Shown: positions 49,801 to 59,855 of the stretch, piece after piece
Layout: each line of letters starts with the position of its first letter
How positions within the stretch are numbered: the stretch's first letter is position 1
Source: Amoebophrya sp. A120
Taxonomy: Eukaryota; Protista; Dinoflagellata
Reading direction: 5' to 3'
Assembly (NCBI GenBank): GCA_905178155.1
Contig: CAJINV010000004.1
Coordinates: 2,854,460 to 2,918,459, forward strand
DNA: 64,000 bases
Notes under the pieces: model-generated
What the model saw: the letters and a program-made list of their open reading frames with translations, nothing else
Database searches by the model: none
What the model was told of the DNA's origin: nothing
Position numbers and translations under genes: made by a program

Positions 49801-52800
49801 AGCGTCTGGGTCTGGAACAAAGTATACTTGTCATGCTAAATCTGAACCTTCGCTACCCGCCATGCTAAATCTGAATCATGTAAAAGCTCTGTGTTGTATG
49901 ATTGCCAAAAGCTGTCCACTTTTGACCTAGTCGACAGGTAGTTTCTCATGCTGCAAAGGCATGATAGAACTCTCACAGAATCTGTCATGCTATGTCCTAC
50001 ATGCCAGACCTCCTGGGACATGGAAAACCTGCATGACAAGTCTGGCACTCTTCCAGACCCAGACACTTTTGCAGTTGATAGAAAGGCGACGACATCGAAA
50101 ACCCCGGTGACCGGGTCCCACCATGTCGGATGCTGTCGCAAGAAACTCCAGTAACTCTCCGGTAGCGGACTCTGGTCCGCTTCCGCGAGCGCGAAGTCCA
50201 CCAACCGACGGAACTCGGACCACCGCAGGGGAACCACGGAGCTGTTGTTTTTCGCCAAAAAGTCGAACAGCTTCGTCCGTAACTTCAGCCAGCAGGGCTG
50301 CAACTTTTGCGCGACCGCACGGAGGGAGAGGTAGAACAGCAGCGCTTCGACCGTGTACAGTGCGTCCATGGGTTATGCAACACAAATCTAGCATCGTACT
50401 ACACGGACCATCTGCTATCAAAAGCTGTGGGGTAATGCTGAGTTTGATTGTAATACCAGCAGCAAAACTTTGTCATGCAATAGTGCATTTTCATTTTGTG
50501 CGTCCTGTAATACGGGAGTAAACTTCCTGTAGATATCGGCTTCTCGCGCAAATGGTGGACGACAGGGACGGATTGGTGCAACAAAGTCGTGAAAAATGAG
50601 GAAGAGGAAGTTGTGCTAGTCTTCACGGCAGCAGAAGTTGCACCAGCATCATCACCCACTGAAGAGGACACCATCAACCCCTCCAGCAGGCACTTGGGGA
50701 CGATTGAAGTGATCATGTCTTTCAAGACGGTTCCCTCCGCGCCGCCCTTTCGGTACGAAGCGTCTTGTATCCGGGTGATCAGGTTCACCACCTGTGGCTG
50801 CGGTGCCGCAGCAACCCCTCCTCCAGATGAACCGGCTGTATGCAACGCAAAAGTTGCATCGCTGTCGTACTAGTGCTGCGGCTATTGATAAAGGTAATTC
50901 TAATTCTAATTGCATATACAAAGTTGCTCAGCATGATCATGATGTAATGCTACGAAAGTACACCTTCGGAAAAAAATGTCTTGCATGACCGCATTTTTTA
51001 GTACGACGGCGATAGTTAGTACTTTTGCAATGCATAAGCCGCTCCACCACCACCTTGGCTCGCGATCTGCTCGTCGGCGAGCAACTTGCACAGCACTTCC
51101 ATGATCAGCTCCAGGGGCGGACGCAGTTTTTTCGCGGCGGCGATCGTGGGCGGGCCGTGCCCGAGCACCCAGCTCCACTTGGTTTGGGTCGCCACGCTCG
51201 GGATGCTGTAGGAGGGGGTCACTAAACTGGACGGGAGCATCAACATGGGAGCAGGTGGTCCACCACGAGCAGTTGTTCCACCACCCGTAGGATCGGAGGG
51301 CACTGAAATTGCAGCACCACTCAAGGGCGGGAACGACGTCGTTGGGTCCACCCGCAAATCCGTTTCCAGCCCCGGAACGCAGACTTGGTAGGAAAACAAA
51401 AACTTTCCGACGAGTTCCGTTTTGGAGGAAAAGCTGCCCCACGCGCTGGTCTCGATCGCACCCACGTCCGCGTAGAGTGTCATACTGCCCTCGCCGATGC
51501 AGGCGGGAGCTGTGGTAGGAAGGAAGTTCCTCGTTCTTCAAAATATGAGGATTTTGACTAATGGCCGCAGCTGTAACTCATACATAGAAATAAATACTTT
51601 CTGGTTACGCGACAGTGACTACATCAGAAAAAAACAAGGATAAAACCCAATCCTACCCGCCCCACTCCCGCCGATTTGAAACAGCTTGGCCGCCACTCGC
51701 ACGATCTGCTCTGGGGCTGGGATGGTTTTCGGTTTCGCGGGAATTGCAATGGTATCCAGGAAGAAACTAAACCCATCCCCTGGAGATCATCATCAACTTT
51801 TTGCATGACAGACAATGCATCTGATGCACGTTTTGCATCATGACAAATTGGTGGACAGGAGAGTAGACGGGTGTAGTTTTTCCTCAGTGGATAAATGGGT
51901 ACCAGTTCGTCCACCGGCCCGAGTTGCGCCCAACTAGAGTTGGGCGCGTCCAAAAACGCGGTGACTTGTAGCGGCAAACTCCGGTGGTTGGTAGTCGCCC
52001 CGGCGGTGGTGGTCAAAGCGTATTCCACGTAGTAGCAGACATTGTTCCCCACCATACCGTTCCGGACCACGGCGCCCTTCAGCCGCAACAGCATCTTGCG
52101 CTCGTGCCCCGTGATCTCCTTCGGCAGAGGCGGTGGAGCAGGAGCCGGTGGAACAGCAGCGCCCGGAGCAGGAGCGCCAGGTTTCGGTACGGCCGACGAG
52201 GGTTGCGCCATCGCCGCGCTCCCGTACACCGAGGACACGGCGCTGCCCCCGTACACCGAGGTCGGCCCGCCGAAGGAACTTGCAGAGGGCGCTTTCGGCA
52301 TAGCGGGCAGAGTAGAGGATCCGACTCCTGGTTTATTGCTCGCAGCTCCAGATGAGTCCGCGTTTATCCCGGTCAGATACAGCAAGCTCATCACATCCGC
52401 GTTGGGTAGGGTGATGGAAAATTTCACGTCAACGGACGCTAGGAACTCCCCCGCACTTTGCTGCAGAAACAGCTGTTGTTGGTGAGCAGAACTCATGGCG
52501 CCGGACGGGCCGGCCATTTGCGCGGAACTTGGCTGGGCCATCATCGTGGTTCCGGCTGAGGTGGAAACCGCGACGTTAGCCGGCCCACCGGACGTGAAGG
52601 TCGCGCCTTGGGCAGCTGCTGCACCAGGGCCAGTTGTAGTACCTCCCATCGGTCTGTTCACACCTCCCGGTCCTCCTCCGGCGGGAAACGCAGAGGAGGA
52701 ACTGCTGCTCTCCGGCCCGCCTACCTTCGCGTGGAACTGGGCCTTGCGGTTCAACACCAATGCGGATTGTGCCTTGGACGCGTCGAGTTGGCTGTGCAGC

Positions 52801-55800
52801 AGTTTGAGCGGGAAGGTGTCCTTCGCGAGGCACACCTCCACCGACTTCGCGCGGTCCAGCTGGTGGAATTCGTCATTCTGCTCGATTACCAGCCACAGCT
52901 CAATCACGCCGATGTCGGACTTGAGAGCCTCGAAGAACCCCGGGGTCGGCGGCAGCAAAGGGGATTGCCACTGCCAGTATCCACAGAAAAAAACCCATCC
53001 ACATCCATTTTTTGCATGGCAAACACATGATTTCATACGTGTTTTGCATGACAAATTGGATGTGGGTTGGTTTTTTTCTGTGCATAGCCAGTCGCCGAAG
53101 TCCAGAGCAGTGTAGCCTGGTTTGCTGGTTGTAGCGGGAGTTGACCCTGATGAAGACCCCGTGGCGGGAGCTTGTCTGAAATTGCTCATGGAGCTCGTAC
53201 TTGACGCCGCTGGAACAACACCAGCAGGACCAGCCGCTTTGCTTGCTGAAGCACTTGGCATGAAACTCAGGGACGCGACCGCGGCCTTCGCGGCCGAATT
53301 CGCGACGGAGCTGTCCATGGACTGCGCCACCACCGGCTGACTGTCCGTCCCGCCGGCCATGCGTGCTTTCGCTGCCGCCACTGGGGATAGGTCGCCGTTT
53401 TGCGGAGGAAGCGCTGAAGAGGGCTTCATCGCACTTGTTGTACCAGTAGATGCGTTTGCTGCAGAAGCTGCGCTAGTAGTTGTAGCTCCTGTGGGACCTC
53501 CTGCTGCTGCAGCCGGTGCGGCAGCAGTAGCTTTGTTCGCAGCAGAAATTGCTCCAGCTGCTGTAGGTGCTGGTGCTCCTGCTGGTGCGCTGCCGTTTTT
53601 ATTACCTGAAGACGAGGAAGCGGACGACCATCCCAACAACAAGGATGCCAACGACATGGGCTTCGGCTCTCCCGAAATCCAGGCGCCACCGCAGGCCGCC
53701 TGCAACTTCGGGTGGTTCGGGAACAAACCGATGCGCAGCACCACGCGCACACTCTGGATGTCCAACACGCTTGTGGACACGCTGGGTTGCAGCGAGCTTT
53801 TGTACCACTGCTCCGCGAGCCGGCGGAACAGATCGGGATTCAACTCGCCCCTGGACAACCCAATCTCGATCCCCACCGTGTTCTCCACCGTTTGCTCTGT
53901 TCGAGACACACGGGAGACCGCACCTCCACCGGATAGACATGAGCCCCGCACCGTGGAAAGTGGCGGGAAAAACACCATGCCGGCACCACCGGCACCACCA
54001 CCAGCTCCAGTGGAAGATGATGACATCGCAAACGCTGTGTCTGCTTGCGCGGCGCTCCTGTAGTCCCCGCTTTTTCTCCTCGGTAGCGAAGAGTCAAGTG
54101 CTGCGCCAGCGCCGTTCAAAGTTATTCCTGGGAGAAGCAGGTCAGCGCTTGCTCCTGCTGGTCCTGCTCCACCACCCCCTCCCCCGCCAGCGCGCATTTG
54201 GTACGACAGCAGGCTGTTGCCTTCAAACGTGGTCCGCCAACGCGGGGCCTTTGCGGTGCAAGCCCGGCGAATCTGGTAGAACAGGCGGACCACGACGCTG
54301 CCAAGTCTCGTCCCGTCACTGGACAACACCGGCACCGGGTTTTCCCACGTGGCGCCCAGCAAAGCCTCGGCCTTCCAACCGCCTTTGGCCTCGGCAACGT
54401 CGTCCAAGAACGCGGCGATTGCCTCCGTCGGAAAGACGCAGCGACCGACGGTAACCGCAGTGCTGCTGCTGGAAGCGGTGTTATCGAGGTACCGCAACGC
54501 GCTACGGGTGTTGTTCACCGTCGTCCCTGCTGCTGTTTTATCAAATGCAAACTACATGATCTCTACGTCTGGAACTACGTGCTAAAGTTTCTTGTCAACT
54601 ACATGCAGGTTTGGCATGGCCCAGATATGGTCTGGAACTACGCGTACGCAGGGCCCCGCATCACAAGTTTTCATGCGACGGATTTGCAGTGCCTGTTGCG
54701 CATGAGAAATCTTCATCTCTCAACAGCGTGGCAGATGAACATGCATTCTGCCATATTACGCATTACAGGTTCACTCGTCTTGTGTGTCCTCTCACAAACA
54801 GCATCACAAGCTACTCGAATCTGTATTCCAGGAGATGTTCTTGACCCAGACATCATGTTTGCAAAAGTTCATATGCACCTGTTGTAGCTGTGCCGTCGGA
54901 AGTGTAATTGCTCCCACCGCGGTTCTCCGGTAAAACACGCACCACATCGAGCAACAGGCCGCAGGAAAGCGTTCCTAGCCGCACTTCCTGGATGAGCAGG
55001 TCCGTCAGACTGTCCCCCGCATTTGAGGCCAAGCAAAACGTGTGCGACGCAGCAAAGTCCAAAGGGTAGAAGCCACCCGCTTGGCTACTCGTGGTTTGCG
55101 CTTGATACGTCGTGCCGTGGCAGGCGTAGCGGAGAAAATACCGTGGCTGTGCGCCGCTTCCTCCGTTTTCGGAAGTGCCGGCAGGGAGCGACATTTATGA
55201 AAGGGCACAAGACCGCAATTGTTTATAGTGGTCCCCCTGCTGCGCCTAGTTCTAACCAGGGGGCACGGCCAGCAAGAACAGAAACAGCTTTCCCTATATT
55301 TATATTTCCATTTCGTTTTCGCTTTCGCAGTTTGCATGACAAACGAGGGCGACGACTCGTGTTCTTGGGTTGTGCGCTTTCATAAAGTCAAATCGGTTCC
55401 CAGAACGCGGATTTCTAGCTCGTGTTCGTCATAATCAGAGGTGATGAGAGGAAGAAGGGAGAGCCGACGGAGAGGGTAAGAATCTTTATAGCCGGTCTGC
55501 TGTTCATCTCCTGTGTCGTCTTTGATAGTTCTCGTCAACGTCGGACTACCAGCAGCAGCGATCCCACCAGCTGCACCTGCACCTCCTGTGTAGCGGAAGT
55601 AGAAGTTTGTCAGCGCCGAAGCGTTTTGCAGCACCTGCAGGCACTCGCTTTCCGTCAAATTGCACTTGTCCAGCAAGTTTTGCAGCAGCTCCTTGCTGTC
55701 CACACTGTCTTGGTCTTGGTCAAGAAGAAACGAGGACACTGCGAGCTTGTTGTCCGCCTGCTGAAACTTGCGCCAGGTTTTTTCTACATCGGTTTGCTGC

Positions 55801-58800
55801 TCGCCAGTGGTTGTAGTTCCTTGCCGCGCAGCTGAGGATCCCGACACGCCGAACGCCGTGGAGCATTTGCTGGTACGACCAGGCCCCCTGGCTGCACCTC
55901 CGGACGGTGACCTAACTTCGTTTTCTAACACAAACAGGTTCATCCCGGAATCGTTCCGATTTGCTGGTTTCTGCAGTGAAGACGAATTGCCTCCAAATCG
56001 CCTTCTCCCAGCACCTCCCGAAGTAGATGTTGCCGCTCGGTTGGCTCGGGCGAAAGTTTCGCAGCTGGCACGGTCCACCGTGCGAGCTGATTCGACGGTT
56101 GCGGACAATGTTGAACTTGCCCCGGGGTAAATCAACGCCAGGAGGTTCTTCAGCTCAAATACGGGAATCCCGTTCTGGTCGCACATGCGCTCTTGGAAAA
56201 CCTTCAACGGGAGGGAGCCCTGATCCTCGAAAACGCTCGGCAAAGCGTTTGTGAACGCATCCAGGTCGAAGGATGTTGCTTGCTCGAAAGCCTGCAGGGT
56301 CAGTGTCCACGTTGGTTTCACCCCGAGGTCCTCCGCGGTAATGTCTGCTGCAGAGGAAGAGCTGCCACTATCTTCCTCCTGCAGAACCGTCGTCACAGCG
56401 CGGCGCAGGTCGCTGAAATCCAGAAACCCCTTACTGCCGCGGTCTAGCGACTTGAACGCACTCCCCAGGCTGATGTCGTTGCGGCGCATGGTTTGCGACA
56501 GTTCGAAAAAGAGCAAAGGAACCAAATGCTGCGCTTTGTTTTTCATCGTGGTAGACGTAGAGCCTCCTGCGGTTTCCTCTTCCGCGCCGGCTTTGCCTGC
56601 ACTCCCGGCCGTACTTGCGTCTGTTTGTAGCTGCTTTTCTACTTTGTTCGTCGCCGAAACAACGCCGACAGAAGTGGAGCTTTTGCTGGACGAACCCGAC
56701 GAGGCAGTTGCAGCTCCGCCCGCCTTTGACGCGCGGCGACTGAAAGTTGTGGTTTTTTCCGAAGCCGTTTTGGGCAACACCCGGTCCACCAGGCCGGGAA
56801 TCTGAGCGAAGTCGAAAACCGACGTTGGCGGCGCGCGGAGGGTGAGAAAGCCGTTGCTCGCCGCAATCACGGTGTCCACAAAGTCGTCAATCAGCTCGTC
56901 GTCTGCCGGCAGACTGGTAGTACTGTTGTTGTCCTTTGCCAACAGAGTCCGCACCTGCGCCGCATCCAGCCTCGCCCCGAAGGTTTCGGGCGGCAGCGAC
57001 GGCGCAAGTTGCTGCAGAATGGTGAAGCCCACACTCAGTGCGTGCTCGAGGTACATGCGCTGCTCGTCGCGAAGCGCGTCGAGGAGTTCCTGAGAGAGAA
57101 TGAATAGTGAAGCAGGTTCTGTCCGAACAAGAAAATTATGATCTTGAATGATAGTTCAGAGTGCACCATCAAAAGAAATTAGGTCGTGTTGCACGAGACT
57201 TGGCCTCGTTCTGGGCAGATCTTCCATAGATTTATCGGGGTATACTTTTCAGAAAGGATACCTTGTACGACACGAGATCCCCTTGGCGGTAGTCGTATCC
57301 TGTGCAAACCTATCGTACTCGTGGAAATGCATGACAAATCTCCTCAGCATTAGAAATGAAATTTGTAATGTGGATTTCGATTTACCAGAAGAAAAAAATT
57401 TGTAATGCATGACTGCAATATACTACGGGTACGATACTTTTGCAGAGCATAAATCGTTCCCCAGCACCCGCAAGTCCTCTTTGGCGAGAAAGACGCGGCC
57501 GACTGTCGCCGTCAAAATCTGACCGATTTGCTCGTCGGTTAGAAATATGCAGCGCAAAAAAATCGTGTTCGTACCAATTGCATGAGTACTTTTTGTTTTT
57601 ATAGCCATGGGCATGACCAATCTGCTTTAGCACAAGGTAAACTCTCAGGACTAACTCCATTTTTCATTGCCCATCAAACAAAGATGTATATGCAATTCAC
57701 TTGATATTGATTATATATACTGGTACGATACAAGAACTCTTGCACATGATAAGAAACCCGCTCTTCTTGGCGTCAGCAGCGAGGAAGCGGTCCACCAGGC
57801 TGCCGGGTTTGTTCTGTGGATTGGATGAACAAGTCGGAGCTATAAAATTAATGTGTCTTGCACTACTACTTGCACTGACACTGAGTGTAAACCAAGTTGC
57901 ACAAAGAACTTAGCCATACGCACTAAGAAGAGAAGCATACTTCTTTGACAATCTGTATCTGAATAGAATCCTATACCTTAGTCGCCCGGAAAACGACTTT
58001 CAAAAGTCGCGCCTTCAAGCTCTGCCGGTATTCTGCGGAGTCCAGAACTGCCGAGAGGAAATCCGACACCAGCACCTTCTCGTTCACCGCCAGTGTGCGC
58101 CACAATTCGGAGCGCGCCGTCTTCGGAAGAAAAGTCGGTGGAATGATGGACAGCCGTTCCTCCAGCTCCAGGCGGGACAAACTTTGCGTCGTCGCAGAGA
58201 GCGCGTTTGGTCTTGGCGCGTTGGGCGGCGCGGTTAGGTGGTTCGCGAGGTCGAAAATGATCCAGGAGTGCTTTAACAGCCACATCCGGACCTTCGGTAG
58301 CGGGGAGTTACTCGATATCACCACCGGGTACTCGTCCGACCATTTTGGCAGTTGCCCGACCGCTTTCAGCAGCTTCTCGAAGTTTTCCGGCGTGGTTGAC
58401 GTTGACGAGGACGAGGCTTGCTTGGTACTGCTGGTACTAGTTCTTGCACCACCATCTTCCGCATTATTATGTCCTGTAGTCGTGATCGCTCCAGCACCAA
58501 GGGCTCCTGCTCCGCCAGCCTGCTGCACACTGACCGCAGCTACATTGCTGACGTTAAGATTCGTGAGGAAGTCGAAGAGCGAATGCAGGTCCTCTTTGCT
58601 GTGCGCACAGCCACCGGACGTGGCGAGCAGGCTTTCGCAGGCGCCAACAAATCCGAACCGATCCAGCCTCGTGCCTTCCAGAGCCTGCGGGGCCAACGCC
58701 GGATATTGACACGAAATAATTCCACCTACACGACGTACAAACTTCTAAGCGGCATCTGCATGAAAGAACTGTTGCTCTGATGTGTCTCTCCGCTTCTATT

Positions 58801-58989
58801 CAGCATGACAAGTAGCTCGTATGCTCTAGAAAAACAGCGAGATTTCAATTTGATGACTTCATGTCGTGTTTTAGTTTATTTGTAAGTGTGCGGAAAATTT
58901 GTATCGGATACCGGCGGGGACGACGCTATTGCAACTGGTGGCGGGACTGCGGGTGGCGGCGGATCTGCGCCGGTCGTGATCGAGCTCAT
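46878..58989 (-). CDS. Very large multi-exon protein with EF-hand-like and C2-like segments
   Basis: Successive minus-strand ORFs join in frame across introners (e.g. SSPP|ALAPQ, DFGDW|QWQS, EKP|MDAL). EF-hand-like AFKSLDRGSKGFLDFSDLRRA and beta-rich C2-like stretches (TRLGSVVVRLFY; LKSDIGVIELW). That it is one gene is inferred; family not identified. Confidence 0.5.
47994..48132. mobile_element. Introner, family D (reverse of 17640)
   Basis: DR ccgct/ccgct. Confidence 0.9.
48370..49326. mobile_element. 805-bp insertion (48446-49250) inside a coding exon, flanked by a 76-bp duplication of exon sequence
   Basis: cgcgacgtcc...ggagacccgtt at 48370-48445 and 49251-49326 (1 mismatch). Both copies encode RVSSIKNAASREREVVEGTLLRTS. 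Confidence 0.8.
48700..48766. repeat. Perfect 25-bp inverted repeat with 17-nt spacer
   Basis: tccaactatggagacaattttggga ... tcccaaaattgtctccatagttgga. A third partial copy lies at 48799-48815. Confidence 0.9.
49788..50080. mobile_element. Introner, family B (left end CAT)
   Basis: DR caaag/gaaag; reverse relative of 20723. Confidence 0.85.
50374..50535. mobile_element. Introner, decayed
   Basis: tatgcaac..tgtagata; flanks tgggt/tcggc; joins EKP|MDAL. Confidence 0.55.
50839..51036. mobile_element. Introner, family A, decayed
   Basis: tatgcaacgcaaaagt..acttttgcaatgcata; flanks ggctg/agccg. Confidence 0.75.
52978..53086. mobile_element. Introner, family F
   Basis: tatccacagaaaaaaacc..ggtttttttctgtgcata; DR gccag/gccag. 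Confidence 0.85.
54539..54873. mobile_element. Introner, B-like, decayed
   Basis: tatcaaatgcaaac..gtttgcaaaagttcata; joins TTG|AAGTT in frame. Confidence 0.6.
57296..57451. mobile_element. Introner, family A
   Basis: DR agtcg/aatcg. Confidence 0.85.
58704..58910. mobile_element. Introner, D-like, decayed
   Basis: DR ccgga/ccggc; joins SSPP|ALAP. Confidence 0.65.
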
Positions 58990-59855
58990 GGTGGCGCGAT
59001 CTGGTAGGTACCGGGGGCGTTATGGTTGTATTTCTGCCTCTGTAGTACGTCTACGTGATCGAAGAAAAGAAGGCACCATCCAAGCGCCGGACCCAGAATG
59101 CCTGTGTCGCTAGGACCTCCGCACGAGCACGAGTGACTTCTTGATCTTTTTGTTTATATGGTTCTCTTCCAAACGGAAATCACCCAGCGGAACAACTATT
59201 TGTATTTCGTACGTATGGCACAAGGGTCAGCGTATTTATGTACTAGAAGTTACGGGACGATGTACAACTGTTGTGAAAAACTACAGTTGACACAGAAAGG
59301 AAAAGGCCACCTATTCAAGTTGCAGGTACAACACTTGGAGTTTGTTGCTGTTGCTTAGAAGCAGAGACTCAGCTTCACCATCGTCTTCCAGTTTGAAGGC
59401 TGACAACATCCCTATGTTGTCCACTCGGCAACATTTTCGCTTGTAGTCTCCGTCTCGTCGCAATTTTTACGAAAAAAACTTCGACTCAAGAAAGAACAAA
59501 AGCCTAGAGCTGGAGGTCCTCCTGCCAGGAGGGGCCGGAAGAAACACGAACTGACATCATGATAGCGCTGATGAAAAATCCCATAGCACTTCATCGGAAA
59601 TTATAGGTGGAGCTCAAGGCTCAAGGGAAGGACGTCGCAAGAACACACGATGAAAAAGTCCTAGGTGAAACGTGTAACAAGTACGAACTTACTACACTAG
59701 AAAAGTTAGCACTGCTGGCGCATTCTGTGTCTTTTATGTATTCATACAGAAATCGCTCTTGTTTCGCCTGGCCCTTTTTGTTGTGCTTGTCAGCGACCTC
59801 GTGGTAAGTAACCAGCAGCAAGGTTCATTGTCTCGCTCCTTCCCGCACGACTTCC

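Noticed and set aside
42488-54454. Long plus-strand ORFs (42488..43459, 53359..54063, 53567..54454; also 12058..12825)
   Set aside because: Antisense shadows of GC-rich minus-strand exons.
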